From the NCBI GenBank assembly GCA_963835195.1, contig CAWIEY010000016.1:172198-236197 (forward strand): DNA of 64,000 bases, read 5' to 3'. Positions within the stretch are counted from its first letter, which is position 1, and every line of letters starts with the position of its first letter. The notes below the pieces were generated by a model. It searched no databases and was not told the DNA's origin. It was given only the letters and a program-made list of their open reading frames with translations. Source of the DNA: an uncultured Alphaproteobacteria bacterium (lineage in GTDB: Bacteria > Pseudomonadota > Alphaproteobacteria > Rhizobiales > Xanthobacteraceae). The position numbers were made by a program, and so were the translations under genes. This document shows, piece after piece, positions 10,730-18,997 of this stretch.

Positions 10730-11132
10730 TATCGATGGCGAAGCGGCCGAGCGCAGTTCGGCCGGTGACAAAGGCAAACACGCCTTTGAGGATGCGGACC
10801 AGCGCCGCGCCGCGCGCAGTTTCGGCGCCGAACATGTCTTCCAGCGCGAACGCCGCGTCGCCGCCGAGGCGAAATTGTGAGCCGTCGGTGAAGGTGATGG
10901 TGACGCGGCCGTCGGCGCCGGTCTCGATCAGGTCGCTGGCGAAAAGGCAATCGCCGACGGAAACCCGGAACACGCCGGTACCCGGCCGCGTGATGGTCAC
11001 ATCGCCGTCAGCGCTGAGGATTTTTCCGAGAGCAGGCGCGCCACCGGCGTCGCCGTCGTAACCGTATTCTGCGCAGTGGGTAACGGGAATATCTGCCCCG
11101 TAGCCGCCCTCCTTCGAGGACCCGTAGGCCAT
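10730..11132 (-). other. FecR-like domain at the N-terminus of the giant protein
   Basis: GDVTITRPGTGVFRVSVGDCLFASDLIETGADGRVTITFTDGSQFRLGGDAAFALEDM..VRILKGVFAFVTG..FAIDTPVG. It is collinear with the small FecR protein at 11533-12069. Confidence 0.65.
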
Positions 11133-11532
11133 TCAAAACTCCGCGCCGCGCTCATTGAGCGCGAACGAGTTACCGACCCCGTCCTGGCTTGCGACTTCGC
11201 GCCGTGCAAAAGCCCCCCAAGGGGCGCCGGCGCCGGCACAATGCGCCATCTTGGCCGTACGGGCAAGATCATCGTAAACCAGAGGTGAATACTGCCGCTC
11301 AGGCTTACGCTTGCCGTTAACCATCGGGCCTTCTAACGGGCGCCGGGTGAACCAGCCTAACGCCTTGAGACTGCTTTGAATTGAGCGGGTCAGCCCGACC
11401 GCCTGGGCCGCAGGCCATACTTAACGCCGATGCCGGTACGTTGCTCCCTCCGCGCAAACGCGTTATCGATAGTGAGCCTTGGGCTTTTTTGGGTCGAGAA
11501 AGCCATGAGTGTGATTTCGGACGGCCACCCTG

Positions 11533-12069
11533 TTGGCCGCGCTTTGTCTCGGCGCGGGCCTGCCAGTTGGATCAGCCTCGGCGCAGACCAATTCGTCCTC
11601 GCCACAACCGGCGAAGCTCGATACGAGCCCCATCGGCAAAGTGATGAGCGCTGAGGGAAGCGCGCATATCGAACATGCCGCGAGCGTCGTCGTGCAGGCG
11701 AATGCGCCGGCAACCGGCGGTTTCGATCAGGCCAAGGCCGGCGATCTCGTTTATCGCGGCGACCTCATTTCCACCGGGGCCGACGGCAAGGTCAGCATCA
11801 CGTTTGCCGACGGCACCGCGTTCAACGTCTCCACCAATGCCCGCATGGAGGTCAACGAGTTCGTGTACGACCCGAAGGGCCATGCCAATTCAAGCCTGAT
11901 GAGCTTGAGCAAGGGCACGTTCACTTTCATCGCCGGCAATGTTGCCCATACCGGGGACATGAAGGTCGATACGCCGTTGGGCACCATGGGTATTCGCGGC
12001 ACTGCTCCGCGCGTTGAGATCCTCGAGGACGGCACGGTCAAGTTCTCGACGCTGGTCGAAGAAAAATAG
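11533..12069 (+). CDS. Secreted FecR-domain protein
   Basis: Signal-like LAALCLGAGLPVGSASAQ, then GDLVYRGDLISTGADGKVSITFADGTAFNVSTNARMEVNEF..LSKGTFTFIAG..VDTPLGTMGIRGT. TTG start at 11533. The start is uncertain: an upstream ATG at ~11505 is in another frame. Confidence 0.7.
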   Translation: MAALCLGAGLPVGSASAQTNSSSPQPAKLDTSPIGKVMSAEGSAHIEHAASVVVQANAPATGGFDQAKAGDLVYRGDLISTGADGKVSITFADGTAFNVSTNARMEVNEFVYDPKGHANSSLMSLSKGTFTFIAGNVAHTGDMKVDTPLGTMGIRGTAPRVEILEDGTVKFSTLVEEK

Positions 12070-12086
12070 TTCGTTGCGCGGAGCAC

Positions 12087-12935
12087 ATGACACGGCAGGC
12101 TTCGCGAAGGATTGCGGGGGCCGGAACGGCCGCGCTGATCGTGCTGGCGCTGGCGCTGCCGGCAGCCGGCGCAAAGATCGCAATGCTGACCAATCTCGAT
12201 TTGTGCAACGGCAAGGATCGCTCCTCGCCCGATCCGCAAATCAGAGGCTGCACCGCGCTCATCAAGTCCGACAAAAACCCGCAAGTCCTGGCGGTGGCTT
12301 ACAACAATCGCGGTAACGCTCTGACCGCGGTCGGCGAGTACGAGCTTGCCATCCGCGATTATTCAGAATCGATCAAGCTCAATCCCGCCTACAGCAAGCC
12401 GCTCAACAACCGCGGCGTGGCCTATCAGAAGAAGGGCGCCTACGATCTGGCGATGAAAGATTTCGAGGCGGCGATCACCCTTGACCCGAACTACGCCAAC
12501 GCCTTTGCCAACCGCGGCGAAATTTATCTGAAACAAGGCGACTACGCCGGCGCCGTAAAGGATTTCGACGTCGCGCTGCGGCTGTCGCCGGAACTCGGCC
12601 TGGTGCGGAACGAGCGCTGCTTCGCGCGCGCGGTCACCGGCGACCTCCAAGGGGCGCTGGCCGACTGCGACGAAGCGATCCGGCTCGAGCCCAATCTCGC
12701 CGCGGGATTCGATTCGCGCGGGCTTGCGCATCTCAAACTCGGACAATGGGATTTGGCGATTGCCGACTACAACGCCGCGCTGCGGCTCGACCATGCGTTG
12801 CCCAGCGCGCTTTACGGCCGCGGGCTGGCGCGACTCAAGACCGGCAATCAGGCCGCCGGCAGAGCCGACGTCGCGGCGGCAAAGCGCGGCGATCAAAATA
12901 TCGGCGAACAATTCGCGAGCTACGGTTTGCGGTAG
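12087..12935 (+). CDS. Secreted tetratricopeptide-repeat protein
   Basis: Signal peptide AGAGTAALIVLALALPAAGA, followed by six or more 34-aa repeats of the A..NRG.AY...G.Y..A..D...A..L.P type. Confidence 0.8.
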   Translation: MTRQASRRIAGAGTAALIVLALALPAAGAKIAMLTNLDLCNGKDRSSPDPQIRGCTALIKSDKNPQVLAVAYNNRGNALTAVGEYELAIRDYSESIKLNPAYSKPLNNRGVAYQKKGAYDLAMKDFEAAITLDPNYANAFANRGEIYLKQGDYAGAVKDFDVALRLSPELGLVRNERCFARAVTGDLQGALADCDEAIRLEPNLAAGFDSRGLAHLKLGQWDLAIADYNAALRLDHALPSALYGRGLARLKTGNQAAGRADVAAAKRGDQNIGEQFASYGLR

Positions 12936-13077
12936 CTGCGCGGTCGCCCCCACCGCCAATCCCTCCGGATCCCCGTTGGCATTCTTTCGAAAATCGGCAG
13001 GTCTGCCATACTGAAATGCCGCGCGGCGGCGGCCCCGGATCCTCGATAATGATCGGAAGCGATTGCGGAGACGAGCG

Positions 13078-14439
13078 ATGGTGACGGAGCGCGACAGCGC
13101 GCTATTGACGGATCTCTACCAGCTCAACATGTCCCAGGCCTATCTGGAACATGGTGCGACCGCGACCGCGGTCTTCGAGTTCTTCGTCCGCACGCTGCCT
13201 GCCCGGCGCGGCTTTCTCCTCGCCGCCGGCCTTGAGCAGACGCTCGACTTTCTCGAGAATCTGCACTTCAGCGCGGAAGACATCGCGTGGCTCAAAAGCA
13301 CCGGCCGCTTCGGCGAGGACCTGCTCGGCTACCTCGCCGGGCTTCGTTTCTCCGGCGACGTCCACGCCATGCCCGAAGGCACGGTTTTCTTCGCCAACGA
13401 GCCGATCTTGCGGATCACCGCGCCAATGCCACAGGCGCAGCTCGCCGAATCGCGGCTGATCAACATTCTGCATTTTCAGACGCTGATCGCCTCGAAAGCG
13501 GCACGCATGATGTTGGCGGCGCCGGGCAAGCTGATCGTCGATTTCGGGATGCGGCGGGCGCACGGCGCGGAGGCGGGCGTCATGGCCGCGCGCGCGAGCT
13601 ACATCGCGGGCTTCGCCGGCACCGCAACCGTGCTGGCCGGGAAAGAATTCGGCATTCCGCTCTTTGGCACCATGGCGCATTCTTTTGTCGAGGCGTTCGA
13701 CGATGAGGCGGCGGCGTTCGCCGCGTTCGCGCAATCGCGGCCGGAGAACGTCGTCTTGCTCATCGACACCTACGATACCCAGGCGGCGGCGCGCAAAGTG
13801 GTCGCGCTGGCGCCGCGGCTCAAGGCGGCGGGCATCACGATCCGCGGCGTGCGGCTCGATTCCGGCGATCTTGACGCGGGCTCACGCAGCGTGCGCCGCA
13901 TTCTCGATGCCGGCGGGCTCAACGACATCACCATTTTCGTCAGCGGCGGCCTCGACGAGGATCAGCTTGCGGCGCTGACCAAGAGCGCAGCCCCGATCGA
14001 CGGGTATGGCGTCGGCACGAGCCTGACGACGTCATCGGACGCCCCGACGCTCGATTGCGTGTACAAGCTGCAGGAATACGCCGGCTTGCCGCGGCGCAAG
14101 CGCTCGGAAAAGAAAGCCACCTGGCCGGGAAGAAAGCAGGTGTGGCGGCGCTACGGCCCCGATGGGCGCATGGCCGGCGATCTCGTCGCCCGCGACGGTA
14201 ACCGCCAAGACGGCGAGCCGCTGATCGAGCCGGTGATGCGCAACGGCCGGCGGATCAAGCCCGCGCCCGCGCTCGACGACATCCGCCGCCGCACCCGGCA
14301 ACAGCTCGAACGCATTCCCGATGCCTTGCGAGCGCTGGCGCCCGCAGCGATCTATCCGGTGGAGGTTGCTGGCGAACTTGACGAACTGGCGGCGGATGTC
14401 GATCGCCGCATCAAGGCAAAGCTTGAGCCGACGCCGTGA
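13078..14439 (+). CDS. pncB: Nicotinate phosphoribosyltransferase
   Basis: LLTDLYQLNMSQAYLEHG, FGMRRAHG, GTMAHSFVEAF, LLIDTYD, VRLDSGDL. ATG at 13078 lies inside ORF 13063-14439. Confidence 0.85.
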   Translation: MVTERDSALLTDLYQLNMSQAYLEHGATATAVFEFFVRTLPARRGFLLAAGLEQTLDFLENLHFSAEDIAWLKSTGRFGEDLLGYLAGLRFSGDVHAMPEGTVFFANEPILRITAPMPQAQLAESRLINILHFQTLIASKAARMMLAAPGKLIVDFGMRRAHGAEAGVMAARASYIAGFAGTATVLAGKEFGIPLFGTMAHSFVEAFDDEAAAFAAFAQSRPENVVLLIDTYDTQAAARKVVALAPRLKAAGITIRGVRLDSGDLDAGSRSVRRILDAGGLNDITIFVSGGLDEDQLAALTKSAAPIDGYGVGTSLTTSSDAPTLDCVYKLQEYAGLPRRKRSEKKATWPGRKQVWRRYGPDGRMAGDLVARDGNRQDGEPLIEPVMRNGRRIKPAPALDDIRRRTRQQLERIPDALRALAPAAIYPVEVAGELDELAADVDRRIKAKLEPTP

Positions 14440-14742
14440 GATCATGAGCACGGCCGAAGCGCGTGCCGCTCGTTTGAAGTCGCCGCGGTCGAAGAGGCCT
14501 GCCGCAGCATCTACATCGACGATTCGGTGGCGGCAACGCGGCAAAGCTTTGCTGCCCTCGGGGTTCCTTGCCTGCCGGCCTAGCGCCCCTTAGCCCCGCC
14601 CTACCCTACAAAAGTCTGAATAAACCTCGCCGCGCCATGCACTTATGGCAGCGCAGCAGCGCATTGTGTGCAACGCACAAAATCGTTGACATTGCGTTGC
14701 GGAATCGGAACATTACGAAACTGTAAATATTAGGTTTCGCAA

Positions 14743-14958
14743 ATGGGTCATCCCGCGGTCATACCGCCCTCGAGCTTGCCCTCGCTGATGATGCCCTGCC
14801 CGGTCTGTGCGGGCCGGATGGCCTACAAGGCCTGCCGCCCGATCGGCACGGAAGTCGAAGACACGGTCTATGCCTGCAGGAAGTGCGGCACCGAATTGAT
14901 CCGCACCACCGTGTGCAAGTCCGCCGCCATCCGCAGGAAGAACGCGCGCGCCGCCTGA
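14743..14958 (+). CDS. Small zinc-ribbon protein (CPVC...CRKC), hypothetical
   Basis: 71-aa ORF with two CxxC pairs (MPCPVCAGRM..YACRKCGTEL). It is preceded by an AT-rich region containing TTGACA and inverted repeats. I know no homolog. Confidence 0.4.
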   Translation: MGHPAVIPPSSLPSLMMPCPVCAGRMAYKACRPIGTEVEDTVYACRKCGTELIRTTVCKSAAIRRKNARAA

Positions 14959-14967
14959 CGCGGCGGT

Positions 14968-15876
14968 TCAGCAAAGTTCCATCTGCTTGAGCCGAGCGCG
15001 GCCGGCGGGGCCGTAAGGGCTGGCGATGGTCTCGATCAGTTCGAAATGATTGTAGCCGTCGGCGAGGATGAGCTCGGCCGGTTTCCCGGCCTGTTTCAGC
15101 GCGGCAAAAAAATCCGTGGTCTGCCGCTGGAACTCAGGCGTATCGCCGCTGCCGTAGACGAGCACGAGCGGCGTCGTTATGCCGTCAGTGTGGCGCTGCG
15201 GCGTGAGATCGCGCTCCATCTCGTCGGTGAACTTCACGTAAGCCGATCGCTTCGACAGCCGCACCGGCGCGAGGTCATACATGCCGCTGACCAAAAATGC
15301 GCCCTTGCAAAAATCCGCCGGCAGCTTTTGCTCGCGCCAGCCGCTCGCCAATGCGCAGGCGGCGAGATGCGCGCCGGATGACGCGGCCGACACGTAGAAC
15401 CTTTTGCGATCGCCGCCGAAGCGCTCGGCATTGTTCCAGATAAAAGCGAGCGCGCCGCTCACCTGCCGGTGCATCGGCACAAGGCTGCCGCCGGCTTGAT
15501 CGACATTGATGAAGTCGAGGATGAACGCGTGGGCGCCGGCATGCACCAGCGGCTCGGCGGATAGCGCATTGTCCGCAGCGCTCCCTACGCGCCAAGCGCC
15601 GCCATGCACGAAAACGTTGATCGGCGCGGTGCCGTCGTCTTGCCCCACGCGCGGCTTGGCCCGGAACAGATCGAAGCGCTCGTATTCGCTCGGGCCGTAA
15701 GCGATGCGCTCGGGCGCGCCGAGCTGCTCTCGCGCGCGGGTGCTCGCGGCGGCGATACGCCCGAGGATAATGTCGCGGTTCGGTGCGTAGACGAGTTGAT
15801 CGTAGGCGTTGTCGAGCGCCTCCTGATCCATGTCGCGCCAGACGAGGGGCCCGCGGGCATGTGCGACTTGCTGCAT
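14968..15876 (-). CDS. Alpha/beta hydrolase (esterase/arylformamidase-like)
   Basis: VFVHGGAWRVGSA oxyanion-type block. Nucleophile elbow VSAASSGAHLAA. C-terminal YGSGDTPEF..DGYNHFE. Confidence 0.7.
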   Translation of the reverse strand: MQQVAHARGPLVWRDMDQEALDNAYDQLVYAPNRDIILGRIAAASTRAREQLGAPERIAYGPSEYERFDLFRAKPRVGQDDGTAPINVFVHGGAWRVGSAADNALSAEPLVHAGAHAFILDFINVDQAGGSLVPMHRQVSGALAFIWNNAERFGGDRKRFYVSAASSGAHLAACALASGWREQKLPADFCKGAFLVSGMYDLAPVRLSKRSAYVKFTDEMERDLTPQRHTDGITTPLVLVYGSGDTPEFQRQTTDFFAALKQAGKPAELILADGYNHFELIETIASPYGPAGRARLKQMELC

Positions 15877-15887
15877 GTCGATCCTTC

Positions 15888-16023
15888 GTCATTCCGGGGC
15901 GGCCCGAAGGGCCGAGCCCGGAATCCATAATCGCAGTCCTAAGAGAAAGCACACTGGGCCGGAAGCCGCCAGACCCGTGGTTATGGATTCCGAGCTCGCG
16001 CTTTCAGCGCGCCCCGGAATGAC
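15888..16023. repeat. REP/MITE-like composite palindrome with GTCAT...ATGAC termini
   Basis: Outer arms are GTCATTCCGGGGC / GCCCCGGAATGAC. Two terminal stem-loops are ATTCCGGG..CCCGGAAT and ATTCCG..CCGGAAT. Inner arms are CCATAA / TTATGG. The element fills the gap between start 15876 (-) and stop 16028 (-). Confidence 0.8.
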
Positions 16024-16027
16024 GGCC

Positions 16028-17698
16028 TTAACCCAAATTCAGTTCCTTGAAAAAATCATTGCCCTTGTCGTCGATGACAATGAAGGCGGGGAAATCCTTC
16101 ACCTCGATGCGCCAGATCGCCTCCATGCCGAGTTCCGGATATTCCAGGCACTCGACTTTCTTGATGCAATGCTCGGCGAGTTTCGCCGCCGCGCCACCGA
16201 TGGAGGCGAGATAAAAGCCGCCGTACTTGCGGCAGGCCTCGCGCACCACCGGCGAGCGGTTGCCTTTCGCCAGCATCACCATGGAGCCGCCGGCGGCCTG
16301 GAAATCGCCGACGAAGGAATCCATGCGGCCGGCCGTGGTCGGGCCGAACGATCCCGAGGCGTAGCCTTGCGGGGTCTTCGCCGGCCCCGCGTAATAGACC
16401 GGATGGTTCTTGAAATAGTCGGGCAGCTTCTCGCCGCGCTCGAGCCGCTCGCGCAGCTTTCCATGCGCGGCGTCGCGCGCCACGATCATCGGCCCCGACA
16501 GCGACAGCCGCGTCTTGATCGGATATTTGGCAAGCTGCGCCAGAATGTCCTTCATCGGCTTGTTGAGGTCGATGAGGTGCACCTCGCCGCCGAGTTTCTG
16601 TTCGTCCACGTCCGGCAGATATTTCGCCGGATTGTGTTCGAGCTCTTCCAGGAACGCCCCGTCGCGGGTGATTTTGCCCAACGCCTGGCGGTCGGCCGCG
16701 CAGGAGACGCCAAGCCCGATCGGCAGCGAGGCGCCGTGGCGCGGCAGCCTGATCACGCGCACGTCGTGGCAGAAATATTTGCCGCCGAACTGCGCGCCGA
16801 CACCGAGTGACTGCGTCATCTTGTGGATCTCGCGCTCCATCTCCTTGTCGCGAAACGCTTGCCCGTCCTCGGAGCCATGCTCCGGCAGCGTGTCGTAATA
16901 TCTGCAGGAGGCGAGCTTGACCGTCTTCATGGTCAGTTCCGCCGACGTGCCGCCAATGACAATCGCAAGGTGATAGGGCGGACAGGCGGCGGTGCCGAGC
17001 GTAAGCACTTTCTCTTTCAGGAAGGCCAGGAGCCGCTCGCGCGTCAGGATCGACGGCGTCGCCTGGAACAGGAACGATTTATTGGCCGAGCCGCCGCCCT
17101 TGGCGATGAACAAAAACTTGTAGGCCGCGTCGTGCTCGGCGTGGTCGGCATTGCGGCCCTCGGCGTAAATCTCGACCTGCGCCGGCATGTTCGAGCGCGT
17201 GTTTTTCTCTTCGAACATGGACAACGGCGCGACCTGCGAGTAGCGCAAATTGCGCTTGAGGTACGCATCGCGCGCGCCTTCCGCGAGCGCCGCTTCGTCT
17301 GATCCGTCGGTCCAGACAAGCCGGCCCTTCTTGCCCATGATGATGACGGTGCCGGTATCCTGGCACATCGGCAACACGCCGCCGGCCGCGATATTGGCGT
17401 TCTTGAGGAAATCGTAGGCGACGAATTTATCGTTATCGGAGGCTTCGGGGTCCTCGACGATATGTTTGAGGCTCGCAAGGTGCGCGGGGCGCAGAAGATG
17501 ATTGATGTCGGTGAAAGCGGCCTCCGAAAGCGCGCGTAAAGCTTCGCGCGGAACCAGCAAAACGTCCTCGCCCAAAACGCGCTCGACGCGCACGCCTTCA
17601 GTGGAGATTTTCCGATACGGCGTCTCGTCCTTGCCAAGCGGAAACAGCGGCGTGTGCTTGTACGGCGGCGTCGGGTGAGGCGAGAGCGGTGCGTTCAT
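16028..17698 (-). CDS. fumA: Fumarate hydratase, class I (Fe-S type)
   Basis: [110 protein letters not shown] prefer ATG 17698 (MNAPLSPH), because the ORF-track ATG at 17728 lies inside the adjacent REP terminus GTCAT. Confidence 0.9.
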   Translation of the reverse strand: MNAPLSPHPTPPYKHTPLFPLGKDETPYRKISTEGVRVERVLGEDVLLVPREALRALSEAAFTDINHLLRPAHLASLKHIVEDPEASDNDKFVAYDFLKNANIAAGGVLPMCQDTGTVIIMGKKGRLVWTDGSDEAALAEGARDAYLKRNLRYSQVAPLSMFEEKNTRSNMPAQVEIYAEGRNADHAEHDAAYKFLFIAKGGGSANKSFLFQATPSILTRERLLAFLKEKVLTLGTAACPPYHLAIVIGGTSAELTMKTVKLASCRYYDTLPEHGSEDGQAFRDKEMEREIHKMTQSLGVGAQFGGKYFCHDVRVIRLPRHGASLPIGLGVSCAADRQALGKITRDGAFLEELEHNPAKYLPDVDEQKLGGEVHLIDLNKPMKDILAQLAKYPIKTRLSLSGPMIVARDAAHGKLRERLERGEKLPDYFKNHPVYYAGPAKTPQGYASGSFGPTTAGRMDSFVGDFQAAGGSMVMLAKGNRSPVVREACRKYGGFYLASIGGAAAKLAEHCIKKVECLEYPELGMEAIWRIEVKDFPAFIVIDDKGNDFFKELNLG

Positions 17699-17723
17699 GA
17701 GTGTTACCTGTTCCTTTTGCATC

Positions 17724-17841
17724 GTCATACGCGGGCTTGACCCGCGTATCCATGCTGAATTGAAGCCAGCGGTTGCATAACCTGAACCGTCTATCCAAGC
17801 TGCGAATCAGCATGGATGGCCGGATCAAGTCCGGCCATGAC
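17724..17841. repeat. Second REP/MITE-like element of the GTCAT...ATGAC family
   Basis: GTCATACGCGGGCTTGACCCGCGTATCCATGCTGAAT ... AATCAGCATGGATGGCCGGATCAAGTCCGGCCATGAC. It has two terminal hairpins and inner arms CCATGCTGA / TCAGCATGG. Confidence 0.75.
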
Positions 17842-17858
17842 GAAGTTTGTGAAAACCA

Positions 17859-18812
17859 TCACGTTTGCCGCACCTTGCCCTTTTCGCCCAAGGCACAGTC
17901 GAGCGCGGCGCGGTCCCATTTTCCGAGATCCGCGGCCGCATCGTAGGTGCTTTGCAAAAACTCCATGAGCGTCGCTTCCGGATCCGCCGCCGTGCGCACC
18001 ACCTCATAAGGCAAAATGAACTGGCCGTAGTCGTTGAAATAGAACGCCGCGGCCGGGCGCACCTTCACGGCGGCAAAGCCCTTCGGCTCCGGATAGGCGT
18101 AGGAATAATACGCCGGATAATCGATCGGGCCGCCGCCCGGCCAAAATCCCGCGCTGGAGACTTCGTGCGAATAGGCTTCGCGCGCCACCGCCAGCGACAG
18201 CCCCGGCGTACCGCTGGCGGTGAGGAGCGGCGCCGCCCGGCCGGAAAAGCGCGTCACCGCGAGATCGAAACTGCCCCAGAAGAAATGCACCGGGCTCGCC
18301 TTGCCGAGAAAGCCGGTGCGGAAATGGGCAAAGACGCGCGCCGTCGCGGCGAGAATGCGGAAAAGCCGGTTGGCGAACTCGCGGTCATAAGCGGCGTGCA
18401 CGCGATCTTGGGAAAACGGAACGGCATTCTCGATCTCGTTCGGCATTTCGTCGACGCGCACCGTAACGCCGAGCGCGGCGAGCGCCTCCATCAACTCGCC
18501 GTAGAATTCGGCGACCGACACCGGGCGCAGCATGATTTGGCGGAAGCCGCCGTCGCTCGCGCGCAGCCACAGCACGTGATCGAGGAAGTCGAAGTCGATG
18601 GCGAGGTCGCGGTGTTCGAGCGGGATCGGCCCGGTGCCGAGCCCGCGCACCGTCACGTACAGCGGAACGCTCCAGGAATGATTGAGCCAGGGCGTGAGCT
18701 TTAAGCGCACTTTGCCGACGATCTGCGTCCATAGCTGCAGCGTGGCGTAAGTATCGCGCCAGGCGGCGTAGGGCAGTTCGGGCCAAACGGCGTCGTTCGC
18801 AACCGAAGACAT
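17859..18812 (-). CDS. DUF5996 family protein
   Basis: WPELPYAAWRDTYATLQLWTQIVGKVRLKLTPWLNHSWSVPLYVTVRGLGTGPIP matches my recollection of the DUF5996 family N-terminus. Confidence 0.65.
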   Translation of the reverse strand: MSSVANDAVWPELPYAAWRDTYATLQLWTQIVGKVRLKLTPWLNHSWSVPLYVTVRGLGTGPIPLEHRDLAIDFDFLDHVLWLRASDGGFRQIMLRPVSVAEFYGELMEALAALGVTVRVDEMPNEIENAVPFSQDRVHAAYDREFANRLFRILAATARVFAHFRTGFLGKASPVHFFWGSFDLAVTRFSGRAAPLLTASGTPGLSLAVAREAYSHEVSSAGFWPGGGPIDYPAYYSYAYPEPKGFAAVKVRPAAAFYFNDYGQFILPYEVVRTAADPEATLMEFLQSTYDAAADLGKWDRAALDCALGEKGKVRQT

Positions 18813-18997
18813 GGCTCGTCCTTTCGTTGGCCGATCATAGCAAGCCTAGCTCGGATTGAGCGCAATCAAATCACGGAGCCAGCGTCCTTGCCCTGCTCGG
18901 ACGCCGTCTACCCGGCGTTTCCGGGAATAAGAGCAGGCGCGGTCATTAGTGTGCTAAAACGCGTCCGACTCGTTCCGCGGGCTTTTTGGGGGCAATC

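Larger units (their letters stand above)
3512..11132 (-). pseudogene. Giant (~2,500-residue) repeat-rich secreted/surface protein: FecR-like head, beta-helix-like repeats, legume-lectin-like domain, RTX-like C-terminus. About eight frameshifts, all between 9150 and 10730.
   Basis: An intact 1879-aa ORF covers 3512-9151. Its GTG 'start' is preceded by pieces 9148-9663, 9264-9935, 9317-10777 and 10605-11132, which carry the same repeat chemistry in shifting frames. ATG at 11132 (MAYGSSKEGGYG) has no signal peptide. GGAGNDSFVF lies near the C-terminus. Confidence 0.8.

Noticed and set aside
15830-16810. 326-aa plus-strand ORF antisense to the fumarase gene. Similar long antisense ORFs: 17865-18704, 20401-21072, 22965-24050, 25032-25985, 30783-31718, 33882-35099, 40925-41971, 47024-48070, 61426-62043, 62110-62985.
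   Set aside because: Each lies opposite a gene with unambiguous conserved motifs. Each has the Arg/Ala/Gly/Pro-heavy composition expected from off-frame reading of high-GC coding DNA. Long stop-free antisense frames are expected at this GC content.
17726-17728. ATG at 17728 as the fumarase start codon
   Set aside because: It is part of the GTCAT terminus of the adjacent REP-like element. The downstream ATG at 17698 ([24 protein letters not shown]) gives a more typical N-terminus.
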